Shown: positions 11,570-24,275 of the stretch, in pieces
Position numbering within the stretch: position 1 is the first letter of the stretch
How the letters are laid out: every line of letters starts with the position of its first letter
Assembly: GCF_037042905.1 (NCBI RefSeq)
Contig: NC_087251.1
Location: 1,550,001 to 1,614,000, forward strand
DNA from: Lytechinus pictus
Taxonomy: Eukaryota
DNA length: 64,000 nt
Reading direction: 5' to 3'
Notes under the pieces: generated by a model
Database searches by the model: none
Told to the model about the DNA's origin: nothing
The model's input: only the letters and a program-made list of their open reading frames with translations
Program-made: the position numbers and the translations under genes

Positions 11570-13186
11570 TCGTGTACTTCACTTCGCGCTTCGGCAAATT
11601 TTGATGTATCAGGCATGGGCGGAAATCCCAGGGGGACAGGGGGGACGTGTCCCCCCTACTCAAAATAGTAGGGGGGACACAATATAAAATGTCCCCCTAC
11701 TATTCGTGGTCTTTTATGACGGTAAGAAATACATCATTCAAAATCGAAATAAAACATGTATTTAATAAAACATGTATCTTAGGACGAGATGACCTTAAAT
11801 TTGGGGTGATAACCTTTTTTTTTTTTTTTTTTTTATTATTATTTTTTTTGTTGCTTGTCGAATTTTCCAGCCCCTTGTCCCCTTTACCTTTTGGGAGAGA
11901 TTTCCGCCCCTGGACTATCAAGTACCTATTATTTTCGTGTATTCCATAAAGTTTTAAAAACATCCCTTTTCAGGTCTGATTTTCAAAACGTATCAGCTAG
12001 CGCTGCACGCTCGCATTTTGATTGGCGAATTATGTATGTCTCAATATTGATTATACAACAAACTACTTAAAACTTCCTTTTCATGACAGTTTATCAAAAA
12101 TTTCGAGTCGCGATTTGCGCTCGCATTAATGGTTAAAATATATTAATAACTTGATGCATCCTATTTATAATTACAAAAGTGCTTGAAATGTCCAGTTTTC
12201 TGGCCATAATATCATCAGATTTCGCGCCCTCATTAGGCATTAATGAATAAGATATTAATTCAATAATTAAATTGTCCCTTTTGTTTCATCTCGCACTTAG
12301 CAAGAGGAATAGGAAGATAGTCATCATTTTCATATGCATGTCCTAAGGATATCCCGGTCCTATGTTAAAACTCAAAGTAATAATAATTGAAAATATCAGC
12401 TCTTTATTAAGTGCGATCCATATCCACCTCACAATTTTCCTACAAATTGCTTAAAATATATAGAGCTTTTTTCAGATCAGAATATCAAATAGTTTAAGCT
12501 CGCGCTTCACGCTCGCTTTGATTTTCATGATAAAAGATTTATTTAGAATGCTTAGATTCGAGGTCTAAAATATGAAACACGCTCGCATTATTAAATTAGG
12601 AGGATCCCCTATTACTCATTCTTTTAATGATTTACAAAACATGAATGGGTGAGAGTGTCCCGTTTTAGGTCTAAATCTCGCATCAATTGTTTAGTTATAT
12701 ACCTATCCTGTTCACGATTACAAAAATTGATTAAGATTTTACATTCTTTTTGTAGAAATGTCAAAAAATTTCACCTCTCGCTTCGCGCTCGCATTATAAC
12801 TGCAAGCAGTCTTTAACAGTACTTTTTTCATCAGTTCATTTCTGCTCGCGCTTCACGTTCGTAGTAATCATTCATTTGCATACTCATCTTTTTCAGGATA
12901 GCAAACATTGCCCAGTATGTTCAAAATTTTAGGAAAAAATTCATAAGATTTCCAAAAAAAAATTAGCTCGCGCTTCGCGCTCGCATTATATAAATAAGGA
13001 TTATGTTGTTATATATATATCTATGTTTATTCATAAGAAAAAAAATAAGAAGTGACTATGAGGACTACCCCTTCAAAAAAGCCAAAAATCCCGGGATAAA
13101 TCATCTTCGAGCGGCCGATCGGGGAAAATTATATGGCTGAAAAAAATTCCGGCCCCCCCTATTGGCGAAGGCTGGATCCGCCCCTG
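11570..13186 (-). mobile_element. Second, inverted member of the same family (left boundary uncertain)
   Basis: Ends CTGGATCCGCCCCTG at 13186. About 130 bp next to that end is a diverged reverse complement of 9784-9910. Repeated GCTCGCGCTTCGCGCTCGC motifs. Confidence 0.75.
11614..11912. mobile_element. Short hAT-like MITE
   Basis: TIR CATGGGCGGAAATC / GATTTCCGCCCCTG. Internal GGGGGAC/GTCCCCC palindromes. No clean TSD. Confidence 0.6.
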
Positions 13187-13188
13187 TA

Positions 13189-14474
13189 CAAGTGGTGCAT
13201 TTCAGCCGATTCAAAGTTTGCAGCATTCTTATATTTCTGCATAGTCCCTAAAGTGTTAACCCCCATTCTTACATCCAGGATTTGAGCAGGGACATTTCCC
13301 TGATCCATCTATGCTCATCAATCATAAATTTGAGCATGTTCTGAAGGGCAAGAAACATCCAGAATTAAAGAACAAGGCCACCCTAACCATTAGTTGATTT
13401 GAATAAAAAGAGAAAAATTCAACAAGCATAACGCTGACAGTTTCATCAAAATCGGATGTAAAATAAGAAAGTTATGACATTTTAAAGGTTCGCTTAATTT
13501 CACAAAACAGTTATATGCACATCCTGGTCGGTATGCAAATGAGGAGACTGATGACGTCATCCACTCTATTTCTTTTGTATTTCATTGTATGAAATATGAA
13601 ATATCCTGTCAAGTGAAACAAAGTTTAATTCCTCCCTGAACATGTGGAATTAGCATTGTTTTTATACTATATGGTTCAGTCAAGTTGGTCCTTATTGTCA
13701 AATCTATAAAAATGAAATATTGTATAATTCAAACAATAAAAAACAAAAGAAATAGTGAGTGATGGACATCATCGACTGTCTCATTTGCATGTCACTGAGA
13801 TGTGCATAAAACTGTTTTGTGAAAAATAGGCGAAACTTTAAAATGTCATAACTTTCTTATTTTACATCCGATTTTGATGAAATTTTTAGCGTTTTGCTAG
13901 TTGGATTTTTCTATTTTTATTCAAATCATCTTTTTTTTTTTGGGGGGGGGGGTGGATTTGACCTTTAAGTTTGTTTGATAATTGATAGGGGATTCAGCGC
14001 ACAAACTTGAAAGAAAAATTGAATGATGGACAAGTACTACGAGCTGTCCAATGAAGGCAAACCACAAGTGTATCACACTTTGCGATAGCGAACATAACCA
14101 GGAAAAACGACTTTTCTATTCAAACAAGTGAATTTACAATTAATTAACTTGACCCCAGTAACTTAATAATGAAATAATAATGAAAACGAAATGCGATTGT
14201 TGGCATTATGCATGAAACAGTCACGACCTGTTGTCTCCAACAGTGTGCGTATTTCATTGTCAAACTTGAAATGGAGTGCCAAGCACTATTGTCTTTCTGA
14301 ACATGATCAAGGTTTTGATTTGATGAGCCTTGTTAGATCATGGATATTTTCCTGGTCAGACTAGAGAATTTCCTGGTCAGATTCTGGATGATCAAAGGGG
14401 GTTGGTATGCTAGACAGTGCAGAACATACAGCAGTACAGCATACAAACTTGGAATGGGCTGAAAAGTACCACTG
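13189..14474. mobile_element. Old Tc1/mariner-like non-autonomous element hosting MITE copy 2
   Basis: Degenerate TIR: AGTGGTGCATTTCAGCCGATTCAAAGTTTG vs the reverse complement of CAAACTTGGAATGGGCTGAAAAGTACCACTG. Confidence 0.55.
13369..13964 (+). mobile_element. TTAA-target MITE, copy 2
   Basis: TTAA at 13365-13368 and 13965-13968. Colinear with 561-1144. Confidence 0.88.
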
Positions 14475-14656
14475 TTATATAATAGATTGTGTATTCAAAA
14501 CCGCTGAAGTGAGTCATATTGATTTTTTTATAGCAGTTAGAACATGAAATGAGCTTTCTATTTTTTTTTTACATTTAATTGAGAATAATATTAATATACG
14601 AATTGATTCAGCCGTATATAAGAGAAACATTTTTTTTTTTTTTTGGGGGGGATATA

Positions 14657-15644
14657 CAGTGCGTATCAAAAAAAGTTTACACTGGAAATTAGAAAAGCCC
14701 TGGAAATTAGAAAATATACATGTGGGTATTGTTTTCACATCTAATCTTGGGTTTGGGTCTCATCTATCCAATGAAAGTAAAAGTTTTGACAGAATGTTAC
14801 ACTTGAGTGAGCACTGTCCATTTTTGTAAAGCTCGCAGAAATCTGTTTGCGCAGAAATGCTCGTTTTCACACTGTGTCAAGGGGAAAGGGCGAAATCAAA
14901 CTTACCTTGCGAAACATTTCTCTTACATTTCCCTTGCACTTTTAGTCAATTGAAATAAAACGGATACATTCAAGCATTTTGTAACAATTTTGTCACCCAA
15001 ATTGAAATTTCAACACTTAGTAAGCACAACCTTTACCCTTTTTGTGCCAGCTGGATCTGAGGACATAACTGAATCTGAACAAAAGTTTATATCAGACATC
15101 TCTAGCATTTTTTTCACTAAGTTTTTATAATTCAAAGTGGGTTTACATTTCATTTTTCATTTAATACTTGTTTCTCTACACTTTCCCCAAGCTTGACAAT
15201 GATAAACAAAATGAAAATCAAGCCTAAGCCATTCCATGCAAATCACAGCTCAGTGTAAAGCAAATATCGTCACGATGGCCTCGTTGTATGGGGGAGTGGT
15301 GTAGGGCGCAATGCACTCTTCGAAGTGTTTTGGGGCAAGGAAACAAGTAAAAAAAGGTAGAAGATATCTTGAAATCAATTTACTAGCTAAATTCCAAGTG
15401 TTCTTTATGATCAAGGTCTATTTTTATTCGCATAACTATTTCAAAGTTCTGCGCAAATCATTTTTCACTAACTTTTCAAAAGCAACTGGTACTGACTCAA
15501 GCGGAAATATTTTTCGACAGTTATATCGTCATTTGCTTAAATGGATCTGTACCAATGTTAAAATGTGAAAAAATCTTCAGGATATCACAAATATATAATT
15601 TTACAGGATTTTTTCTAAGTGTAAACTTTTTTTGATACGCACTG
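14657..15644. mobile_element. Tc1/mariner-type non-autonomous element
   Basis: 27-bp TIR CAGTGCGTATCAAAAAAAGTTTACACT; TA on both sides. Confidence 0.9.
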
Positions 15645-15660
15645 TATATATGTATACATA

Positions 15661-17874
15661 CACAACAAAAACAGTGAGTCCCCCAAAACCAAATTGCTGT
15701 AACTTTTGAACGGAATCATTTTGAAATATGATATTTCGTAGGTGGTTTTCTACACTCATTGAGCAACTCCTGGGGGAAAAAATGAGATTGATCGGTTGAG
15801 TCATGCTTGAGTAATCAAAGATTGAATTAAAAATGACCTTTTTTTTAAGTCACAAAAGAGTGGTTTTTCAGATTGTGTAAATACAAACTTGAGCAAAGGT
15901 TGTTTTTAGGTAAATTTTATGGTGTTTATGCTGTTTTACTATCCATTATTTAGCCATTTCACACAAAATTTTGATATCGTATGTTTATGGTTGAGTGAGC
16001 ACAATGTTTTGTGACGTATCGTCATAGGGGATTATGGCAGTATCCCCTACAACTTGTTAAAACATGTTAAAATTGGAAAATGTTGGTGGCTCCCCCAATT
16101 ACTCGGCCCCACCCCATTTAAAAATCCTGGATCCACCACTGATTTGTCCATAAATTCAACTGATCCTGAGAAATTGTTAGGGAAAGAATAAATTTATGCA
16201 TTGTAAAGAGCATTCATTCCCAAGTTTTCGAATATGCTTGCTCAACCATGAAAAAGTAAAAAAGTTCGGAAAGTAAGTGGTGATAAAACTGATGGATGAT
16301 AAAAACAACAGCAAATAAGTTACATTTGAAATCGAATTTGCCCCCTTCACTTTATTACCCCCTCAAAATGACCTGTGACATTGAAAATACCCCTTTCCCC
16401 ACTTTGATGCATGCTCACTCATCCATAAATAAACATATCGATTTCGTTTTTGCACAGAATTCTGCTCATAGGTTGATAAACATAACTCATAAATGACATT
16501 GCTAAAGACAGCCTTGAGAAAAAGTTCCTCCATATTGAATAAGGGGTCACCTATTCTTAAACATATGCACCCATAGGCTCGTATTCTGAAGTCGGGTTTA
16601 ATTTAAACTCTGGTTTTAAGTTGTGGTTTAATTATGGAAAGTCAGTTGTTACATAAATCTCTAACAGTAGTGGTTCAATGTATCAGCTCATTTGACTCCC
16701 AAAACATTATTAACTGCCTGGGAAAGATAAGTATGATGATTGTCTTCCCCATTAAATAATTAGTGAAGATACAGGTAACATAAGAAGCATTCACTGTATT
16801 ACATTTTGAAACGTTTGGCTTCCCATAATTTAAGGCACAGAGTTAGACCATGGTCTGAGTTAAACCCAACTTCAGAATACGGGCCAATTTTGTACACAAT
16901 GTCTATGAGAGAGGAAGTCAAAATTTTAACAAAAATGAAATGAGAGTTTGTTTCATGGACGGTTTTTGTTACTTCCGAAAACAATTTTTTTCATGATACT
17001 TCGCACATGGCTTCAGATTAACACTATCCAAAAGGCGCGCACTCCAAAATAATCATTCGATACAGCACAGAGTGGGGCCAAGGCCTTAAACTTTCTTCTC
17101 ATTTGCATAATTTTCGATTATTGTGTGCTCCCTGAAGCATTAGACATCGGGATTTTCATAAAAATCAAATCAAATGAACTATGCAAGGAGGTTTGTGATA
17201 GATATCCATAGTTAGCAATTGCATTTTTTCCAATAACGTAAAAAAGAGCTAATCACATTCCACATGTTCATTCAAGCGTGAATGATTAATTAAGCGCATT
17301 TGAATCATAGAAGCATGTTAATTGGTCATGAACATAACGAAAAAAGTTTAGAAAAGGTCATTCAAGTTATCATTATGAAACAATACTTTCATATGATATT
17401 TGAATTTTTTTGTTTCATAAAATGTTCATTGATCCGTGAAACGATGAATATTGTTTAAGATACTCTTCCGAAAAATAAATGTCATATTCGATCATTTTTA
17501 TCGAAATGTGTAAAAAAAATCCAATTATAGCAAATGTTAACTGGCGTTTATTTAACCGTGAAATTTAGCCAAAAAACTTGTATCGTCTTTTCGAAAGTAC
17601 CTTTTACAAGCTTTCTATTTTTCATGACGAGAATGTGGAATTCATTCCAATAAAGTGGAATCAAAATCATGACATTTGGCTTGTGACTTTTGAAAAGTGA
17701 CATTTTTGCCTTCTGGCGGTGCTCGCTGAAGCATGACATAACATACGTCCATAACATTTACTCAGAGGGTAGCTTATAAAATTACCTACACGCTCATGTA
17801 AAAATATATTTAAAACTTGCATTGGTTCGGAAATTATGGATGTATGTTTAAGGGGGACTTACTTTTTTGTTGTG
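15661..17874. mobile_element. TA-target TIR element (Tc1/mariner-like) with nested MITE
   Basis: TIR CACAACAAAAACAGTGAGTCCCCC vs GGGGGACTTACTTTTTTGTTGTG; TA flanks. Confidence 0.75.
16576..16885. mobile_element. PIF/Harbinger-like MITE
   Basis: TIR GGCTCGTATTCTGAAGTCGGGTTTAA / TTAAACCCAACTTCAGAATACGGGCC, extending imperfectly for about 60 bp. Confidence 0.7.
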
Positions 17875-18029
17875 TATATATATTTAAGAATGCCTCAGAT
17901 CTCTTGAGTCCCCTTGTTTCGAGGTCACAATTTGAGGAATGGTGCTATGCACACATCCTGAATAGGTTTATGGACTGAATCAGGTTTCTGCCACCACCCC
18001 CTCCCCCAAAAAATAATGATAGACACCAC

Positions 18030-18405
18030 TTTCTTTCTCTCTCACACACACACACACTCACACACCCACCCTCACACACAAACACACACACACCTGTCCT
18101 CACACACCCTCCCTCCATCGCACATCCGCCCTCAGACACCCAACCACCCTCACACACCCACCAGCCCACCCTAACACACCCACCAACCCAACCACCCTCA
18201 CACACCCACTCGCCCACCCTAACACACCCACCAACCCAACCACCCTCACACACCCACTCGCCCACCCTAACACACCCACCAACCCAACCACCCTCACACA
18301 CCCACTCGCCCACCCTAACACACCCACCAACCCAACCACCCTCACACACCCACTCGCCCACCCTAACACACCCACCAACCCAACCACCCTCACACACCCA
18401 CCCAC
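18030..18405. repeat. CA-rich microsatellite grading into a 48-bp minisatellite (about 5 copies)
   Basis: Unit CACACCCACTCGCCCACCCTAACACACCCACCAACCCAACCACCCTCA; period 48 (for example 18181 and 18229). Confidence 0.95.
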
Positions 18406-19629
18406 AACAATGCCGATGTATGAGATATATGGAGAGTCATAGCACTGACAAAAATACACGAAAAATTTCCCAAGCATATACGCTCCAAAATACATCATGC
18501 TGGACCATGTATAATTAAATACCTTATTGGAAGCAAAAAAAAAATGAACTACACCAGTTCAAAGCCGATAAGATACAAAATACAACAAAGCTAATTGCAA
18601 GCATTTTTACAGCTTACCAGCTCAGTAGGCCTATTTCTTTTAGAAACGTTCCAATTCGCAAATATCTAAATAGGGTATCATTTTGCTATTCACAGTTCAT
18701 CAACAAGGATTCTCTGACGTCATCTTTTGTGGATGCAGCGTTATTACCTCCGTTTGTAAGAAGAAAATTCATATTATTTTCTTGTTTTTCAGTAGAAAAA
18801 AAAAAGAGAAATGTCTTTGGAATTATTTAGTGCTTAAGTCAACGTTAACTCACAGCTTTCTTGTCTACATAAACACGCATTTAATCTCAACTCCGACCAC
18901 ATAGGACATGCTGTAGGATGACGTCATTATAATTCAGGTCATTATTTGAGAAGCGCAATGAAGCCCATTATCGAGAATCACGAATTCGAGTGTTTATAAA
19001 GCAAAATACCTATCCAGTAAGCAGTGAAATGTATCGAACTTGCATGGTTTATTCCGATTCTTCACGTTACAAACGAACTGACAAAAGAACACCTTAGATT
19101 TCGTCTTGTTTGTTTCAAAATTGATGTAATTTCTCTTGATATTTTATACAAGTTCACACTGAAGTTTTCACGAGTGTCACACACGACACAACTTAGTTAA
19201 ACAAGATATACATAAACTCAATTTAGAATTTCATGCAATTGCACTCCAAAGTACCCTTTTCATAAAAATGCGCATTCCCAACAAACAAAAAAACAAAAAT
19301 GATGTTCTCTTCTGCTCAATCGTCTTTGATAATAACATCATACAATATGTGCCTAAAAGAATTGAGATAATGAGCCCAATTCAGTTGTATATAGAAAAAT
19401 GCAGGCGCGTTCATTATTTTGATCAAACAAAATAAAAGTTGCAAGTTGTTGAATGTAGTACAGTTTTAGCACAAATAGCTTGGTGGGATATTACAAAATA
19501 AGAAGGAATTGAAATACTGTGAAACGAAATGTTTGAGTGCTGTTTTAAAATAATTATTATCATTATTTTTTTATCATTATTATCATCATTATTACCCCGG
19601 CTAAAGCCGGAGTAATAATAATAATAACA

Positions 19630-19693
19630 ACGCGCCTCGGAATAGAATATTTCTAGATAGATGGCGCTATATAAATTATTATTATTATTATTA
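19630..19693 (+). mobile_element. Isolated L2/SINE-type 3' tail
   Basis: GCGCTATATAAAT followed by (ATT)n, the same ending as the L2 element at 60260-60300. Confidence 0.55.
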
Positions 19694-19923
19694 TCGGGGG
19701 GGGGGGGGTATCATTCAAGACGGCAAAATAAATTGTTCTGTATATCTATTTATGGTTTGTATACTCTGAATTGTTTTTTTATTATTATTTCTGGGGTTAG
19801 AAAGTCAGAGATCATGGATATATTGCAATACACGGAAATTGTTGGGATTAGTGTTTAGCAGAAAAAGGAGCATCAGTCGTGCAAACTCATTCATATACGT
19901 TCAGCTTCACGAAGCGATCGCTG

Positions 19924-20073
19924 GGTCCCGTTGCATGGAATATATAATTATAGTAAATTCTACTGAATCCATTCATTTGATTATCTGAAGAGTAAATGGT
20001 ACTATGATCATGATATTTGGTAGATACGAGTGATTGCAAAGTTACCATTATTTTAAGTTAATGGAACGGAGCC
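19924..20073. mobile_element. Degenerate Harbinger-like MITE
   Basis: GGTCCCGTTGCAT...ATGGAACGGAGCC; related to 40044-40189. Confidence 0.5.
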
Positions 20074-21761
20074 AAGAAGGACTTAAACATAATTATAATT
20101 TATCTATGTATTCATCAATTTCTTTACTAGTTTATGCTTTTAGGTGGGGTAGGGTTAGGGGGCTTTGGATACATCGATCTATATATATTGAATGACCGAT
20201 CAATCGATCCACGAGAGCCGGGATAAGCTATAGGTCTGCTGCAAAATATTATTCTTTAACAAAGTTTTACAGGTCCAATTTATTGTTCTCTTTCGCGACA
20301 CATTAATGATTATAAGCAATTGGAGGGAGTGATGAAAACCCCAAAATTTTCATGGTTGGGAGTGTTATGTTATTCACCATATGCCCATTATATTAGAAAT
20401 ATCTTCTGTATTTAGTCATATGGATAAATTGTGGAATGTGTATGCTTTCCGAAGCTATTTTGCATCTATCAACTCGTTAATGACATTATACAATGACTCC
20501 ATATGCGAGAAAGCGCAGCGAGCAAGTAAAATATCAACGTTTCCCCTTTTAAATTAAGTGATGATTCACGGAGGGACTCGACGTCAATATAATACAATAT
20601 AATTTTCATTAAACAGCAGTTTTTTTCTTCTTGTTTGCTAAATTAGCGGGTAGGGTGTGGACGTGTGACCCAAAATCTGTTTGTAGAACCGCGTCTGGTG
20701 TTAAGGCAAATTAACTCTAAATCAATAAATTTTCTTTGAGTTTAATCGAATTCATCATCACTATGCACTCGACTCCTTCTATCTTGTCAAAGATTTAAAA
20801 GTATTAGTTCATTCAGGCACAATAGCATGTTAAATAATAAAAGAAAACCCCAACCAATTTGAAAATGATTCTTGATTGTCATGCAAACGATCATAATGGT
20901 GGTTCAATCGCAACTTCAGCTGCATACGTACCCTGTTATTCATGATTTACGACGTTGATAGAAAATACATATCCATACATACTTTCGCCCACTTAAAGTG
21001 ATTATGTATAGTAAACAAATCCTAGCTGATACTTGAATAATATCAGTAAATAATCATGACTCTGGGCGAATCGAATGGATCAATGAAATGGATACATGAC
21101 ATCATCTTTTAAAAGTGTCATTTCTTTATCCTTGCTTTGTATCATTCAGTATTATACAGTCTTATGTTTTGTTAGTAAATCTGGATGTATTTATGTAATG
21201 TTTTGATGTATTTTTTATTATAAGGACACTGATGAAACCCACAAAGGTTGGCTCGGTCCACCCTTTCTTAATATGTGAAATAAATAAATAAATAAAACAA
21301 AGTCTGTTTCTCGGATGTTGGATTAGACTAGCTCATGTCAAGGACGGGGCAAATCACGGTGCACAAGTATATGGACGGAAACCGTTTACATGCATGAACC
21401 GTGAAAGTGGGAATAACCGCATGATAAAAAAATTATGAAAAACATTTACATTCAATAAAATTATTTTCAAAGGGCATGGTATTTTACCGACATTACATCA
21501 TGATATCATTGCTTTCATAAGTGTGTTCTAAAGCAATATTACTCTGTGAATATACACACAGAACAATTAAACCTGTAATAATTTATAAACGTTATGCAAT
21601 TGATGAAGCAGTGTTGGATATCCGTGTGAACCCATTTGGAAATCCTGAACAAAAGCTGACAGTATAAATCTATGTGAAGTAGATTAAGTAGAATACCATG
21701 CCCTTGATGAATTGAAAAATTAATTTGCCCCAAATAAACAAATTTTTAAACTTTCATTGCG

Positions 21762-22795
21762 TTAAGGCCCTCCAACACAGGCCATAAGACTTTGAAAAAT
21801 ACTATCTATATCCCCAAGCACTGAGTTCCTTTCTTCTTCTGGCATAGAGGTTTGGATTTGTTCATGGCACTGATCAATTGGCTCTTGACATTGAATGTCC
21901 TCATGTTCTGTGTACCTTCCACCGTTGTTCAAAAGCATTTCGTTAGAAGGATACACTTCCCAAGCCATATCTTCAGAGAAACGCCTCCTAGGTTGGTTAC
22001 CTTGATATAAACACGGTGGTTCGGACACTCTATCAGGACCACCTAACCATGGTCTGCGATAGCTTCGACGTTTCTTAGGCAATACCGTTCTACAGTAGTC
22101 TTCTTGACGAATTTCTTGCCTGAGTTTAGTCACCATGTTGGCTATCAAGACAGACCTTCGTAATGAGACCTCAGGGTCATCTATACATCGCATCTTATGT
22201 AGCGACATGTCTAAAACTCTCCTCCTATCACAAGCCCTGATAGCTTCGACGTCCTCCTCAGACATGCCCATCAAATCAGAAGTTCTACATGATGGAAGTA
22301 TATCTGGAATCACATTGTCCATGATATCGGGTGACGTCGATGTCATCGATCTCGACTTGAAATCGTCTCCGTCGTAGCACATTGGTAATTCAATCTCACT
22401 GCTTACATCAGGAAAGAAATCATCCGGATCACAGCGACAACATTCCTCAATAGGTCCACAACCATTACATCTTAAGATGGCCTCTCCATGATTCATCTGC
22501 AGAGTCTCTGAGACCATCGTCATTTCCTGAGGTGTCCTACACCCGCATTCTTCCGTGTCATCTAGCATCTCACATAATTTTCGTTTTTTGGCGCCGTGGC
22601 AGCTGGTAACTGTCTGCTCATCCCTGCCATACTCCACCTCGACGTCCTCATCAAGGAGACTTCGCCCACCCATTGCTATCGGTTTTCGAACACAGCAGTC
22701 AGATCGTGAAGACGGTCCTATCGGAGTTTGGTGGTGATGAGTCGTCTGTAAAGGAGTACGAGGGCAGCTTACCAAAGGGCTACGAACTACGTTCC
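21762..22795 (-). CDS. SERTAD4: SERTA domain-containing protein (SERTAD4-like), last coding exon
   Basis: Long ORF with SERTA motif DRRRVLDMSLHKMRCIDDPEVSLRRSVLIANMVTKLRQEI, closest from memory to SERTAD4 (IDDPEVYLRRSVLINN). KKRK NLS-like stretch and acidic/hydrophobic C-terminus (LGDIDSIFQSL). Acceptor TTTTCTTTATGCAG ends at 22796, phase 1. Confidence 0.85.
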
Positions 22796-24079
22796 CTGCA
22801 TAAAGAAAATAAATCAAAATCATAATATTAATTTACAGAATATCTCTAAAAAGTTCATTATATTAAAATCTCACGATATCATGCCAGAAAATGCCAACCT
22901 GTCAGAAGATCGCAATGAAAGATCGATGTTCCAATATGATGTGTTAGGTATGAAGCACTATCACCATCAGTAGGATTATAATAATTATGAACATCAATCT
23001 TCAAATCAAGTAGCATTACAATCATCATTATAACCTTTCCAATCTGTGATGCCACATACAATGCCTATGTCGACTAGATTTACTGGATCTTTCATTACGC
23101 CATACAACTGAGGTTTGGAGCATCTATCTAATGCTCTCGTTTCAAGAAAAAGTGATATTCCAACAGAGAAAATGAATCTTACCTATCAATATACAAATAT
23201 GTATTTTTTGGCATCATTACTTTGAACTAAATGCTTCGGCACCTCTCTATTAGGAAAGAAGCCATACAAGAAACACATGATGGGAGTAATACGAGTATAG
23301 ACGAGTACAGAAACTAAGGTCTTCCATGCTAAGTACAACATTATGTCTTCGTTAAATTTTGACGATTGTGAGGATTCAATGAGCGATAGCGTCTTGGAAG
23401 TTCTGAACACTTCATTTGAGACAATTAGCAATACTTTACTTAAAAGCAAACATTTATATTCAACAATCCATACATTTATATCTTCTTCTTATCGCCTATA
23501 TTTTCTACTCACCAAATGTTCTCTACATCATGCAGAAAGCACTATTTGTTTACTATATTTAACAACATTTCCCTGTGATAACTCGTCTTTTCTCGTCAAG
23601 GATTAAATAACTTAATCTTTCAAAACACCATCCTTGACACCATCGCAGAGATCGTCTTTTCTTTGATTAACCCACCACCGCGAAAGCCATAGTCATAGTG
23701 AGAGATATCATTCCAACCATCTCTTACTAATTAGACCGAAAGCCCGAACTAAGTATAGCTTACATGCAATGCACAAAACTCACAATTATGCATTTTGCGA
23801 AAGACTTGGAAATGGGACTTACACACACACAGCGCGCACACTCACGTTGTTGCCGCACACACTCACACGCACACTGCATACGTCAGCCAGCGCATAAGTG
23901 GCGCCTGAAAAGCAGGGTCTCTTATCCAATCAGCATGATTTGAGTACGAGTGAAATGAACGGTCACACAAGATGGATTTTCCATGCATTAACTCATTCCT
24001 TTATTTCCCCTCTCTCTCTTTCTCACTCTCTCCCTCTCTCTATCACTTTCCTATATCTATTCTCTCCCCTTTTCCGTAC

Positions 24080-24275
24080 CTGGGCTGGTTGCGTGCGTCG
24101 TAGATTGGTGGTTGTATCGGGGTGAGATGCTGGAGACGTCATCACAGCCATCGTCAGATGCTACGAAAGATTCGTCATGGTAACAGCAGTAGGGTTGATG
24201 ATCGGGGCAAGGCAGATGGGATGCGGATTTCCATGGAAACGGAGAATAACGCTCAACGGGCACGGCAACGGTCAT
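24080..24275 (-). CDS. SERTAD4: SERTAD4-like, first coding exon (exon begins at 24354 with 5' UTR)
   Basis: ATG at 24275 (GCAATG), MTVAVPVERYSPFPW...TSP. Phase-1 donor CCAG/GTACGG joins in frame to the phase-1 acceptor (G+GG=Gly), giving 409 aa. Upstream acceptor TTTGTTTCAG at 24355; in-frame stops upstream of the ATG. Confidence 0.75.

Noticed and set aside
17945..18498. Gly/Val/Trp repeat ORFs
   Set aside because: By-products of the 48-bp minisatellite.
22797..22823. ORF-track start MILIYFLYA as the SERTA protein N-terminus
   Set aside because: It is the intron's pyrimidine tract and acceptor; an in-phase upstream exon exists.
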